A DNA stretch of 54,677 nucleotides from an uncultured Deinococcales bacterium. Lineage in GTDB: Bacteria > Deinococcota > Deinococci > Deinococcales > JAAFIG01. The position numbers were made by a program, and so were the translations under genes. The stretch's first letter is position 1. Each line of letters begins with the position of its first letter. The stretch spans positions 1 to 54,677 of the forward strand of contig CAXTTL010000008.1 in NCBI GenBank assembly GCA_964247135.1, written 5' to 3'. Below the pieces are notes generated by a model, which did no database searches, was not told the DNA's origin, and saw nothing but the letters and a program-made list of their open reading frames with translations. Below, one piece after another: positions 19,616 through 29,680 of the stretch.

Positions 19616-21340
19616 ATGAAAGAAGAGATACGTCAACGTTTAGACATCCGCGAAGTGGTCGCGGAATACGTGGCGTTGAAACCGTCTGGGGCAAATAAAT
19701 TTAAGGGACTTTCACCCTTCAGCAAAGAAAAAACCCCCAGTTTTTACGTCGATACCGCCAAGCAGCTTTTTTACTGCTTTTCGACCAAAACGGGCGGCGA
19801 TGTTTTCAAGTTCGTGCAACTGGTCGAAGGCATCAGCTTCCGCGAAGCCCTTGAGAAACTCGCCTCCAAAGCTGGGGTCGCGCTCGAGCCAACCTCAGGC
19901 GTGCAGGACAAGCGCAAACGCGATTTGTTTGAAGTCAATGCTTTTGCTGCGCAGTATTTCAAATCGCAACTGCCCAACTCCGAGGCACTGGCATATTTGC
20001 AACGGCGCGGCGTGACCGACGCCAGCATCGAAATGTTTGGGCTGGGGTATGCCCCCGCAGGTTTTGACAACCTTTTAAAATACGCCAAAGCCCGAGGCTT
20101 AAACGAGCGCGAGTTGCTCGAGGCTGGGTTGCTGGCGGAAGCCCAAGACACAGGACGAATTTACGACCGTTTTCGCGGACGGGTGATGTTCCCAATCAAA
20201 GATTACCTGGGGCGCATCGTTGCCTTCGGTGGACGTGTGCTTGACGATTCCAAACCAAAATATTTGAACTCGCCCGAGACCGAAGTCTTCAAAAAACACG
20301 ACACGCTCTACGGTCTCGAACTCGCCCGCAAGCACATTCAAGAGACGGGCAACGCGGTGGTCGTCGAAGGCTACATGGACGTGATCGCCATGCACCAGCA
20401 CGGCTTGACGGGCGCGGTCGCCAGCCTCGGCACGGCACTGACGCCAGATCACGCACACTTGCTGGCGCGGCAAGGTGTGCGAAAGCTCGAGTTGCTGTTC
20501 GACAACGACGCTGCCGGACAACGTGCGACTTTGGCGGGACTCGATCAAGAAATCGGGCGGATGTTCCTGGTCAGCGCCGTGATCGCCCCAGGCGGCAAAG
20601 ATGCCGCCGATATCTTGCTGGCTGGCGGCAAAACCGAACTCGAGCAAGCTTTGAACAGCGGCGTGACTGAGGTGGAATTTCGTTTGAATGCCGCCCTCGA
20701 GAAATTCGATGCCAACACCCTGGATGGCAAACGCGGCGTGCTTCAAGCGCTCCTTCCCGCGCTTCGCCCCAGAGAGGTTTTTGACCCCGTGGCGCTCGAG
20801 TTGCGGCGCTTGGTTGAGGACCGATTGCAACTCGAGCCGAAAATGCTCGATCAGTTTTTAAATGCCAACCGTCCCAAAGGGCAGAACATTGACCGAATGC
20901 AAATGAGCGGACTTTCACGCTCGAGCGGCGGGGACGAGATCAAACTGGCAAAACTGCTGGTGCAAAACCCTGGTTTGACCGCCAAACTCGACGGCGAGGC
21001 GATGTTTGAAAACCCATTGGTCGCCGAACTGATCGAGGTTGCCCGTACCGCCACCAGCAGCCAACAGATTCTCGAGCATTTCATTGGACGCCCCGAAGCC
21101 AGCATGTTGTTTGAGGGCGTGTTCACCGCACCAGATCAGGCGCTCGAAATTGGCGAGGAAGATTTTGCGGTCGTGCAAATCTCGTCGCGCCAACGCGAGG
21201 ACACGCTGCGCCAAGAGTTGGCGGCTCTGAAATCGCAGATTCCCAAAGCACCCCCCGAGCAACAACTGATTCTGGCAAAACAATGCGGCGACCTGCAACG
21301 CGCGATGGAAGCCGAACGCCGCTCGAGAATGCGGGCTTAA
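19616..21340 (+). CDS. dnaG: DNA primase
   Basis: EKTPSF, DRFRGRVMFPI, KYLNSPET, VEGYMDV and FDNDAAG (TOPRIM). Confidence 0.97.
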   Translation: MKEEIRQRLDIREVVAEYVALKPSGANKFKGLSPFSKEKTPSFYVDTAKQLFYCFSTKTGGDVFKFVQLVEGISFREALEKLASKAGVALEPTSGVQDKRKRDLFEVNAFAAQYFKSQLPNSEALAYLQRRGVTDASIEMFGLGYAPAGFDNLLKYAKARGLNERELLEAGLLAEAQDTGRIYDRFRGRVMFPIKDYLGRIVAFGGRVLDDSKPKYLNSPETEVFKKHDTLYGLELARKHIQETGNAVVVEGYMDVIAMHQHGLTGAVASLGTALTPDHAHLLARQGVRKLELLFDNDAAGQRATLAGLDQEIGRMFLVSAVIAPGGKDAADILLAGGKTELEQALNSGVTEVEFRLNAALEKFDANTLDGKRGVLQALLPALRPREVFDPVALELRRLVEDRLQLEPKMLDQFLNANRPKGQNIDRMQMSGLSRSSGGDEIKLAKLLVQNPGLTAKLDGEAMFENPLVAELIEVARTATSSQQILEHFIGRPEASMLFEGVFTAPDQALEIGEEDFAVVQISSRQREDTLRQELAALKSQIPKAPPEQQLILAKQCGDLQRAMEAERRSRMRA

Positions 21341-21358
21341 GGTGGTTGCTCGAGCAAC

Positions 21359-22063
21359 ATGAATTCGATCTGGCGCGGCTTGCATTTGGCGCACACTTTC
21401 TTGACCACCCTGCCTTTTCCGCACGTTGGCGAGATCAAAGACGGTGAATTTGCCAACGCCAGCGGTTATTACCCTGCCGTCGGTTGGACGCTGGGTTTGC
21501 TGCTGGCTTTAACGGTCTGGTTAAGCTCGAGCCTGCCAACTGGAATTGCCGCTGCCCTCCAGCTTGCGCTGTGGCTGGGTTTAACGGGTATGTTGCACTT
21601 TGATGGACTTGTTGATGCCTCCGATGCCGTGCTCGCCACCAAGACCCCCACAGAGCGTCTGAAGATACTTTCGGACGTTCACATTGGCGCATTTGGACTG
21701 GCGGTGGGTGTGATGCAACTTTTGACCAAATGGAGTGCGCTTTCCGCCCAACCAAACCTGCTTGCCATCATCACCACACCCGTCCTGGCTCGAGCGGCAT
21801 TGCTCATCCCCATGAACCTCTTCCCCGCCGCTCGAGCCGAAAGCCTTGGCGCACGCGCCAGGGAGGGCAACTGGCAGGTTGGTTTGCTGATTGCCATCCC
21901 AGCAATTTTGCTCAATCCCAAAGGCGCCATCGTTGCGATCATCACTGCGCTGATCGTCTCGGGTTTTGCCGCCCGAAAACTCGGCGGCGGTATCGGTGGC
22001 GACGTGTACGGCAGCGTCGTCGAACTCTGTGAAACCGCCGTTTTGATTGCGGCGCTCAAATGA
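21359..22063 (+). CDS. cobS: Adenosylcobinamide-GDP ribazoletransferase
   Basis: TGMLHFDGLVDASD, DVHIGAFG and GGIGGDVYG motifs. Confidence 0.93.
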   Translation: MNSIWRGLHLAHTFLTTLPFPHVGEIKDGEFANASGYYPAVGWTLGLLLALTVWLSSSLPTGIAAALQLALWLGLTGMLHFDGLVDASDAVLATKTPTERLKILSDVHIGAFGLAVGVMQLLTKWSALSAQPNLLAIITTPVLARAALLIPMNLFPAARAESLGARAREGNWQVGLLIAIPAILLNPKGAIVAIITALIVSGFAARKLGGGIGGDVYGSVVELCETAVLIAALK

Positions 22064-22569
22064 GCATCATCTTCGTCACTGGCGGCGCACGATCAGGCAA
22101 AAGCACGTTTGCGCTCAACCTGGCTCGAGCCACACTTCAACCCGTGACCTTCATCGCCACCGCCCAAGCCTTCGACGATGAAATGACCGAACGCATCACA
22201 AAACATCAACTCGAGCGACCCACAGAATGGACGACCATCGAAGCCCCAACCGACGTTCAAAGCGCACTCGAGCAAATTCAAACCCGAGTGGTGATTCTGG
22301 ATTGCCTCAGTTTGCTGGTCTCCAATTTGATGCTCGAGAATTTCTCTGAAACCGAAATCTTTGAGCGAATTCAAAATGCGCTCGAGATTGCCGAAACCCG
22401 AGATTTGAAACTGATTGTGGTCAGCAACGAAGTGGGATCGGGAATTGTGCCAGAATACCCACTTGGACGGCTCTTTCGGGATGTGCTCGGACGGGCAAAC
22501 CAAACGGTTGCCGCAACCTCGAGCGAGGCGTACTTGCTGGTGGCGGGATTGTCGTTGCGGTTGAAATAA
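22060..22569 (+). CDS. cobU: Adenosylcobinamide kinase/guanylyltransferase
   Basis: TGGARSGKS, LDCLSL, SNEVGSG and FRDVLGRANQ motifs. Confidence 0.95.
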   Translation: MSIIFVTGGARSGKSTFALNLARATLQPVTFIATAQAFDDEMTERITKHQLERPTEWTTIEAPTDVQSALEQIQTRVVILDCLSLLVSNLMLENFSETEIFERIQNALEIAETRDLKLIVVSNEVGSGIVPEYPLGRLFRDVLGRANQTVAATSSEAYLLVAGLSLRLK

Positions 22570-22649
22570 CTATTGATTTGAGGGATTTATAGTGTCTGAT
22601 CTCTTCGGGTTTTCACAAGAGAAAACTTTGCCGTATGATTTTGCTGTAA

Positions 22650-25600
22650 ATGACAAAACCAGCAGAATCCAAAAAATCACGATTGAGAATCCATCTGCAA
22701 CCAAAAGACATTGCGGATATTCCTAATCCGATCAACAAAGCTGGGACTGAAGAACTATTGCCATTCTATGCGCTCGGTCAGAAGAATTTTGAGAGACTGT
22801 GTGCTCGATTAGCTGCAACTCAAGAAAACGTTTTGGAAGCAAAATTATTCGGCACACAAGGGCAAGCGCAATATGGAATTGATGTTTATACCCAACTCAA
22901 AGGCACTGATACAAAGACTCTTCATCAGTGCAAGTGCTATGCTCAAGATAAATATAAAAAAGAAGATGTAGCTGAAGCTGTATACGAATTTTTGTACGAT
23001 GGCGAACATTCAGCCGATCAGCGAGACAATCGGGTAGATGCCCCAGAACGTCTTTGGGCGCAACTAGGAAACACTTTTGTTCTTAGTGTTGCGTGCTCAC
23101 TTGAACATACTGATTTTAAAACAGCAGAAGAAACTCAGAAAAAGAGACTTGGAAAATTTGGCATTGATTTTTTTATTTGGGATCAAATTCAATTGACCGC
23201 ACGTTTAAAGCAACAGCCAGAGATTGTACTGGATTACTTTGGGATTTTGTGGGTGGAGAAAGTTTGTGGAATAGAAGCTCGAAACCGAATCGATAACAAA
23301 TTCGATGATTTTGTGCAAATTCCAAGTTCGGCAATACAACGAAAAAAAACGCCAAGCGGAGCTTTACGCAGTGAAAGCAGAGCGGTTAAATTGATGTTCC
23401 GTAAGCAAGAAAAACGCGAAATTGTGGAATGGCTTTGTTCCGAAAGCACCCAAGAGATACAAGTATTTACGGGGATAGCTGGTATCGGCAAGACCCGTTT
23501 GTTACTTGAAATGGGACGAATTCTACATGATGGATTGGGTTGGAGTGCAGGATTCCTAACTCCTAGAGCTACTCCAGAAGAAGTCCGCAGAATCTTGGAT
23601 AGAACTGTTCCCACGTTGATAATCCTAGATTATGGCGAAAATCGGACGGAACAAATCAAGGTTCTGATCGAAAAACTCCTATGGATTCGACAACATCCGC
23701 GCCAACTTCCAGTTCGTGTTGCTGTTATTGCCCGAAATACAGGTAAGTGGCTAGAAAACTTACTACGCGGTATTGCAAATTCTAAGCAAGTTTTTAATGA
23801 AATCGCAAAAGAAATACTGCCAATTACAAACAGCAATAACTCTCGAGTGAAACTTTGGAGCGCTGCATACATGGCATATAACACTGATTTTGGCGATGTA
23901 GACGTTAGTCCACCAGCTTCGCCAGACCTAACCAATCCGATATTTGATCGCGTTTTAGCGATTCATATGAGCGCTATGAATAGTGCCATTAAAACCCGTG
24001 AAAAAACCATTTCTCCACCTGCGGAAAAGTTAACAGATATTATTGACGAATTACTCAATCATGAAGCACGTTATTGGAGTTCAATATCTGAGAGATGGTC
24101 GCAAGATCAAATTCGTATGCACGAACGTTTGAATCGACTCATGACAGTTATCAGCTTGGGGGTTGATATTGGGAATGACCAAAATGATTCAAGACAATTG
24201 TTAAAACTTATGGCACAACCTCCAATACTGGAACAACTTTCAGACGATCAACGATTGACTGTTGCCGAACATCTTCGCGCACTCTACCCCAGTAAAAGCA
24301 CATACCTCGCACCACTTGAACCTGATTTGCTTGGTGAACGCTTGATTCAAAAAGAACTTGAAAATTTGACTGGTATAGATGGCGAAAATGCAGACAAATT
24401 AATCCAGATTGTGTTTGGTGATCTCTCAAAAGATGTAAATGAATGGCAGTCAGGCATTGATCGTGGATTTTCTGTCCTTACTCGCATCGTAAGTTGGAAT
24501 CTAGACGCTGGCGTTAAGTTACTTGAACGTGTGATTCACCCGAGAATCAAGCAGCTTGCTTGGGTAGCCTATCTCACTTTGCCAAGAGAGAGTACGGTTT
24601 TATTAGATTTGAATATTAAATGCGCGGAATACTTGATTGCCCAATTCGATGACAATTTAACAATGAAGGCGTTTCTGAGTAACGATTTGTCAATCTTTTG
24701 TCGTCAAAAAGGTTTTTATGATAAAGGTCTTGAATACGCTAAACAGGCGGTACAGACATTTGAATTACTGGTTAAGCTCGAGTCAGATAGTTACCGAGCA
24801 GCTTTAGCTAGCGCATATGACACACTTAGCGTACAGCAAAGTAAAATGGACACTTCTGGCTCTAGAGAGGCTTTAAATAATTCTAAACTAGCCGTGATAG
24901 AAGCATACAAACAGTCGGTGTTGAATCAAATGTTTCCAGCGTCAGTGATGGCTAGTCTGTTATCAAACCTTACACGAAGACACAATGATCTTGGACAATT
25001 TAAGAAGGCTTTAAGTGCTGCCCGTGGTGCTGAAATGATTTTTAGGAATTTCTCCGATGTGGCTTTGCATGAAAATTCAGGATTTTCAAAGCTTCTAGTT
25101 GTCAGCGCAAAGGCATTGGTGGCGTTAGAGCAGACTTCTGAAGCATTAGCTAAAATAGAAGAAGCAATTATTATCTTAAAACCTCTTTCCCAACAAAATC
25201 CAGATTTATATGCGAGTGTCTTAGCCGCAGTTTACGGTGAAGGTAGTAGAATCTATCGTTTGTCAGGTTTACCTGAACAAGCACTAAATGCTAGTCAATT
25301 GGCAACCCAAATTTTACGAGATTTAGCGCCACATAGTCAAGTTTTACAACGCGAGTTTGTAATTTCTTTGTACGAGTTGGCAATATGTTATGGGTCGCTT
25401 ATATGTTGGCAAGAATTTGCTGAAACTGCTAATTCAATGATTATAGAATGCTGCAAGTTGATTGAAATTGATGATTTTGATTTTGTACTTGGCGCTTTTC
25501 AAAACGTTTTTAGTATATCTAAAAAATTTGCAATATTAGGGGGTAAAGTTAAATTTTCTGAACTAGCAGAGATTGTAGAGCAGTTGGGCGATCAATATCG

Positions 25601-25763
25601 AGCTATTAATAAAACCGAGCAAGCAAAGCAGTGTTTTGAACTTGCTTTGGATAATTTACAACATACTGATTTGAAAACTATGCCTATAAAAATACAACTA
25701 CAGAAAAAGCTATATGACGTAAATGTGGAACTTTTTCAAGCGCATACAGATCAAAATAGGTGA
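22650..25763 (+). CDS. Mrr-like PD-(D/E)xK nuclease + STAND-type ATPase + TPR protein (1037 aa), putative defence protein
   Basis: FERLC..GQAQYGID..HQCKCY nuclease pattern; Walker A GIAGIGKT and Walker B LIILDYGE; helical TPR-like C-half. AT-rich and depleted of CTCGAG. Confidence 0.8.
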   Translation: MTKPAESKKSRLRIHLQPKDIADIPNPINKAGTEELLPFYALGQKNFERLCARLAATQENVLEAKLFGTQGQAQYGIDVYTQLKGTDTKTLHQCKCYAQDKYKKEDVAEAVYEFLYDGEHSADQRDNRVDAPERLWAQLGNTFVLSVACSLEHTDFKTAEETQKKRLGKFGIDFFIWDQIQLTARLKQQPEIVLDYFGILWVEKVCGIEARNRIDNKFDDFVQIPSSAIQRKKTPSGALRSESRAVKLMFRKQEKREIVEWLCSESTQEIQVFTGIAGIGKTRLLLEMGRILHDGLGWSAGFLTPRATPEEVRRILDRTVPTLIILDYGENRTEQIKVLIEKLLWIRQHPRQLPVRVAVIARNTGKWLENLLRGIANSKQVFNEIAKEILPITNSNNSRVKLWSAAYMAYNTDFGDVDVSPPASPDLTNPIFDRVLAIHMSAMNSAIKTREKTISPPAEKLTDIIDELLNHEARYWSSISERWSQDQIRMHERLNRLMTVISLGVDIGNDQNDSRQLLKLMAQPPILEQLSDDQRLTVAEHLRALYPSKSTYLAPLEPDLLGERLIQKELENLTGIDGENADKLIQIVFGDLSKDVNEWQSGIDRGFSVLTRIVSWNLDAGVKLLERVIHPRIKQLAWVAYLTLPRESTVLLDLNIKCAEYLIAQFDDNLTMKAFLSNDLSIFCRQKGFYDKGLEYAKQAVQTFELLVKLESDSYRAALASAYDTLSVQQSKMDTSGSREALNNSKLAVIEAYKQSVLNQMFPASVMASLLSNLTRRHNDLGQFKKALSAARGAEMIFRNFSDVALHENSGFSKLLVVSAKALVALEQTSEALAKIEEAIIILKPLSQQNPDLYASVLAAVYGEGSRIYRLSGLPEQALNASQLATQILRDLAPHSQVLQREFVISLYELAICYGSLICWQEFAETANSMIIECCKLIEIDDFDFVLGAFQNVFSISKKFAILGGKVKFSELAEIVEQLGDQYRAINKTEQAKQCFELALDNLQHTDLKTMPIKIQLQKKLYDVNVELFQAHTDQNR

Positions 25764-25787
25764 TTAAAATTGGCTTGGCTCAACATC

Positions 25788-26420
25788 CTATTCAGCAAAA
25801 ACATTCTCGAGGTGGGTCGTGTCATTCAAACCCGTTAACGTCCAAGCAAATTGACCGTTCGGCATTCTCCAACGCTCGAGTTTGGTGATTGAGGCGTGAA
25901 GCACCTGAAAACGCCACCAGCGAGGACCTGCAAATGTGGTTGTCTCGAGCAATTTCGGGACGAGCGTGTGAACCACACCGCCATGCGTGAACGCCAGAAT
26001 CTCACCCGATTCGGGCAGGCTCTCGAGCCATTCAAAAGCCCTGGTTTGCAGGTCAAAATACGATTCGCCGCCCGCGATTTTGGTGTGCATCGGGTCTGCA
26101 AGCCACGTTGCAAAACCAGGGTCTGCTCGAACCTCTTGATTCATCTTGCCTTCGATCTCACCAAAATGAATTTCCCGCAGCCGAGGCTCGAGCGTGGGCG
26201 TAAAACCAGCCAGGGTCGCGGTTTCAATCGCTCTGGAAAGGTCGGAGCTGAACACGGCATCGTAATTGATGGCACTCAGTTTGGGTTGCAAAGACCTGGC
26301 TTGGACGCGTCCAGCCTCACCCAGAGGCACATCGCTCCAACCCTGCCAGCGTCCCTCGAGATTCCAGTCGGTCACGGCATGGCGCACAAAAGTTAAACGC
26401 AGTGGTAAGTCGTTGTTCAC
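25788..26420 (-). CDS. Histidine phosphatase, probable alpha-ribazole phosphatase (CobC-like)
   Basis: VRHA, SSDLSRA, LREIHFG and THGG motifs; cob context. Confidence 0.85.
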   Translation of the reverse strand: MNNDLPLRLTFVRHAVTDWNLEGRWQGWSDVPLGEAGRVQARSLQPKLSAINYDAVFSSDLSRAIETATLAGFTPTLEPRLREIHFGEIEGKMNQEVRADPGFATWLADPMHTKIAGGESYFDLQTRAFEWLESLPESGEILAFTHGGVVHTLVPKLLETTTFAGPRWWRFQVLHASITKLERWRMPNGQFAWTLTGLNDTTHLENVFAE

Positions 26421-26460
26421 GCCCTATTGTATCCCGACAGGCGACTGGTAGGATTCGCCC

Positions 26461-27534
26461 ATGAACGAACTCGAACAACTGCAACACCTCATCTCGAGTA
26501 TCACCCCCACCGATCAAAGCGCTCGAGATCGGGCGAAAGTGCGTCAAGCCCAACTGACCAAACCGCCAGGTTCGCTCGGACGGCTCGAGGAAATCAGTGT
26601 TTGGTTGGCGGGCATTGTCGGCACCGAAAAACCCGTGATTGCCGGCAAAGCCGTGATCGTCTGCGCGGGCGATCACGGCGTCACGCGGGAGGGCATCAGC
26701 GCCTACCCGAGCGAGGTGACACCCGCGATGGTGCAAAATTTTCTGGCGGGCGGCGCGGCGGTCAGTGCGATCGCCAGGGTCGTAAACGCTCGAGTGTTGG
26801 TGCTGAATGTGGGTGTGAATGCCGACCTGCCAGACCACACGGATTTGATTCAAGCCAACGTCAGACGCGGCACGGGAAACATTGCCAGAGAACCCGCCAT
26901 GACGCAGCTCGAGACGGCACAAGCGATTCTGGCGGGGGCAAACGCCGCCAAAACTGCGATTGAAGCGGGAGCGAATCTGCTGGCGGCAGGTGACATGGGC
27001 ATCGGCAACACCACGCCAAGCGCCGCGCTCACTGCCTGGTTAACTGGCAAAGCCGTGATCGAAGTCACAGGGCACGGCACGGGCATCGACGTGGTGACCC
27101 TCTCGAGGAAGGTTTCAATCATCGAACTTGTCCTCGACAATGCGCGTGAGGCAGGACTCGAGCCTGACGACGCACTGGCGGCGCTCGAGGTCATGGGCGG
27201 ACTCGAGATTGCTGCGATGGTCGGTGTGATGCTGCAAGGCGCGAGCGCCAAAATTCCAGTGATTGTTGATGGTTTTATCGCTGGCGCTGCCGCGTTGGTG
27301 GCGTGTGGTATCTCGAGCACGGTGCAAGAATACTTAAGCGCATCCCACGTTTCGCAAGAACCAGGACACCGCATTCAACTAACGCACCTCAAACTCGAGC
27401 CGCTGTTCGATTACGGCTTGCGGCTCGGTGAAGGCACGGGGGCTTTACTTGCCATGCCCGTGCTCGAGGCGGCGGCAAGAACCTTAAGTGAAATGGCGAC
27501 CTTTGCCGAGGCAAGCGTGCCGAACAAAAGTTGA
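26461..27534 (+). CDS. cobT: Nicotinate-nucleotide-dimethylbenzimidazole phosphoribosyltransferase
   Basis: LTKPPGSLGRLE, GDHGV, GDMGIGNTT and LRLGEGTGA motifs. Confidence 0.96.
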   Translation: MNELEQLQHLISSITPTDQSARDRAKVRQAQLTKPPGSLGRLEEISVWLAGIVGTEKPVIAGKAVIVCAGDHGVTREGISAYPSEVTPAMVQNFLAGGAAVSAIARVVNARVLVLNVGVNADLPDHTDLIQANVRRGTGNIAREPAMTQLETAQAILAGANAAKTAIEAGANLLAAGDMGIGNTTPSAALTAWLTGKAVIEVTGHGTGIDVVTLSRKVSIIELVLDNAREAGLEPDDALAALEVMGGLEIAAMVGVMLQGASAKIPVIVDGFIAGAAALVACGISSTVQEYLSASHVSQEPGHRIQLTHLKLEPLFDYGLRLGEGTGALLAMPVLEAAARTLSEMATFAEASVPNKS

Positions 27535-27551
27535 AGTCATTGCACTCGCCA

Positions 27552-27593
27552 CCCTCATCCCCAACCCTTCTCTCGCTGGCGAGAGAAGGGAGT
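27552..27593 (+). repeat. REP-like family 1 copy without insert
   Basis: CCCTCATCCCCAACCCTTCTCTCGC-TG-GCGAGAGAAGGGAGT, between convergent genes. Confidence 0.85.
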
Positions 27594-27743
27594 TTGGTTC
27601 TTTTACACGTGCGGCTCGAGATTCTTATTCTTTCCGTAAGCGGAGGCATTGCATCAGAAGGCTCGAGATTGCGCAGTATTCTGACGGGCGCAGCAAGCGA
27701 TCCAAGCCCGCCAGGTGCATTTTATGAGCAAGAAGCAGCGCCC

Positions 27744-28700
27744 CTACGTGTATTGAACGTACTCGACGTTGAATTTCCCGTCATTGTACAAGTCCACGAC
27801 GGCATAACCTGGTTTGGTTTCCTGGTAATTGCCGCGCCACCAATTGCCGCACACCGCACCGTTGCAGGCATAAGTCACGCCGTTGTAAACCGCGCTGTCC
27901 TGCAAATGAATATGACCACTGAGGCACAACCGCACGTTTGGGTGCGCGGCAAACAGGGTTTTCAGGCGGCGGGCGTCAATGTGCATCCAAGCGCCTGGGA
28001 CAATCCAGTTGCCCGTGGTTTCGTTATCACCGTCCATATAGGGCGCAACCGCCAAAATTGGAATGTGTGACATGACCAGTACAGGACGATTTGCGGGTGT
28101 GGCTTTCAGGTCATTCTCGAGCCATTTGAATTGCGCATCGTCAAGTTTTGCAGTGTAACCGTGTGAGTCTTGTGTTGCTAAGTTGGTGGAATCGAGCACG
28201 ATGAAATGCCAGTTTCCAGCGTCGAACGAATAATATGGTGTTTTCAGTTTGTATTCTTGCAACGCCCAGGCTTTGCCGTACAGCGGGTCGTTTTTGCTGC
28301 CAGCTCCAGTCCAGCAATCGTGATTGCCTATCGCATGACGAATTGGAGTGCGCAGGTGTTTGGTCAGCGCCTCTTGAAAAGCCGCCCATTGCGCTTTGAC
28401 ATCGCCTTTGCCCGTGCGCAGTGCGTCCATGATCGCATCGCCGCCCTGCAAGATCAGATCGGGTTTGCGACTTAAATTCTGGCTGTGCTCGAGCGCCTGA
28501 ATAAACCCCGCTTGGGCGTTCACCGACATGGCGCCGTCTGGCATCACGTGCATGTCGGTCAGGTGCGCAATCCGAAAATCGGGCGCTCGAGTTTCAGCGT
28601 TTTGCGCGAGGGTGGGTTCGAGGGCATTGAGGCTCGAGGCTAAAACGCTGCCAGAGGCGAGGATTCCGACTTGAGCCATAAAATTGCGGCGGTTGAGCAT
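27744..28700 (-). CDS. Tat-exported calcineurin-like metallophosphoesterase
   Basis: RRNF Tat signal; TDMH, GGD, GNHD and GHIH motifs. Confidence 0.9.
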   Translation of the reverse strand: MLNRRNFMAQVGILASGSVLASSLNALEPTLAQNAETRAPDFRIAHLTDMHVMPDGAMSVNAQAGFIQALEHSQNLSRKPDLILQGGDAIMDALRTGKGDVKAQWAAFQEALTKHLRTPIRHAIGNHDCWTGAGSKNDPLYGKAWALQEYKLKTPYYSFDAGNWHFIVLDSTNLATQDSHGYTAKLDDAQFKWLENDLKATPANRPVLVMSHIPILAVAPYMDGDNETTGNWIVPGAWMHIDARRLKTLFAAHPNVRLCLSGHIHLQDSAVYNGVTYACNGAVCGNWWRGNYQETKPGYAVVDLYNDGKFNVEYVQYT

Positions 28701-28757
28701 GGCTCGAGTCTAACAAACTGGCAAGTTGAGCGTTTAAAACTTGGTAGACTCTGGGTT

Positions 28758-29639
28758 ATGTTCAAAGGAATCATTCCGCCCGTCCCAACGCCTTTCAAGC
28801 CCAACGGTGATCTGGACACGGACAGCCTGCAAAAATTAATTGCGCAACTCGAGCCTCACGTGGACGGGTTTTTGATCCTGGGGTCAAATGGTGAGGTGCC
28901 GTACCTCGAAGAATTTGAGCGCTTCATGGTGCTTGAGGCGGCACGTGAAGCCATTCCGCGCGGCAAGCCGATGATCGTTGGCGCTGGGGCAGAAAGCACC
29001 CGCGCCACCATCGAACGCACTCGGGTTGCGGCAAGTGTCGGCGGAGAGGCTGCGTTGGTGATCGCCCCGTTTTACAACAAAGGTTCGATGACGCCAGGTG
29101 TGCTCGAGACGCACTTTAAAGCCGTGGCGGACGCCTCGAGTCTTCCAGTGTACGTGTATAACATTCCACAAGTGACTGGCATTGCGCACTCGCCAGTTTG
29201 GATGGGCAAAATTGCAGCGCACCCGAACGTGAAAGGCATCAAAGACTCGAGCGGTGACATCATGAATTTAACCGAAATACTGCGCCTGACACCCTTGGGG
29301 TTTAACACGCTGACCGGAAACGCGCCGACGCTCTTGCCGGCGCTTTCGGTTGGCGCTCAGGGTGCGATTCTGGCAGCCGCGAATGTGATTCCCAAAGCCT
29401 TCGGCGCACTCTTAAAAGCCTTCAACGCCGGTGATCTGACAACCGCGCTCGAGATTCAACGGCGCAGCAACCCGATGTCTTACGCCGTCACCCGCGATTA
29501 CGGCGTCGCAGGCTTAAAAGCCGTGATGCGAATTTTGGGGCTGCACGCAGGTTATCCTCGAGCGCCACTGTTGGACGTGGACAGCGATACCACCAAAAAA
29601 CTCGAGGTGCTGCTGCTCGAAATTCCTGATTTCACCTGA
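28758..29639 (+). CDS. Dihydrodipicolinate synthase-family aldolase
   Basis: GSNGE, YNIP and GIKDSSGD motifs. TAGACT-N7-ATG start. Confidence 0.9.
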   Translation: MFKGIIPPVPTPFKPNGDLDTDSLQKLIAQLEPHVDGFLILGSNGEVPYLEEFERFMVLEAAREAIPRGKPMIVGAGAESTRATIERTRVAASVGGEAALVIAPFYNKGSMTPGVLETHFKAVADASSLPVYVYNIPQVTGIAHSPVWMGKIAAHPNVKGIKDSSGDIMNLTEILRLTPLGFNTLTGNAPTLLPALSVGAQGAILAAANVIPKAFGALLKAFNAGDLTTALEIQRRSNPMSYAVTRDYGVAGLKAVMRILGLHAGYPRAPLLDVDSDTTKKLEVLLLEIPDFT

Positions 29640-29680
29640 ACCGTTTGATGCCATCATCAAAACCCGTCAAAATGCCATTT

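Noticed and set aside
21340-21359. Cobalamin riboswitch upstream of the cob genes
   Set aside because: Intergenic spaces before cobS and between cobC and cobT are too short to hold one.
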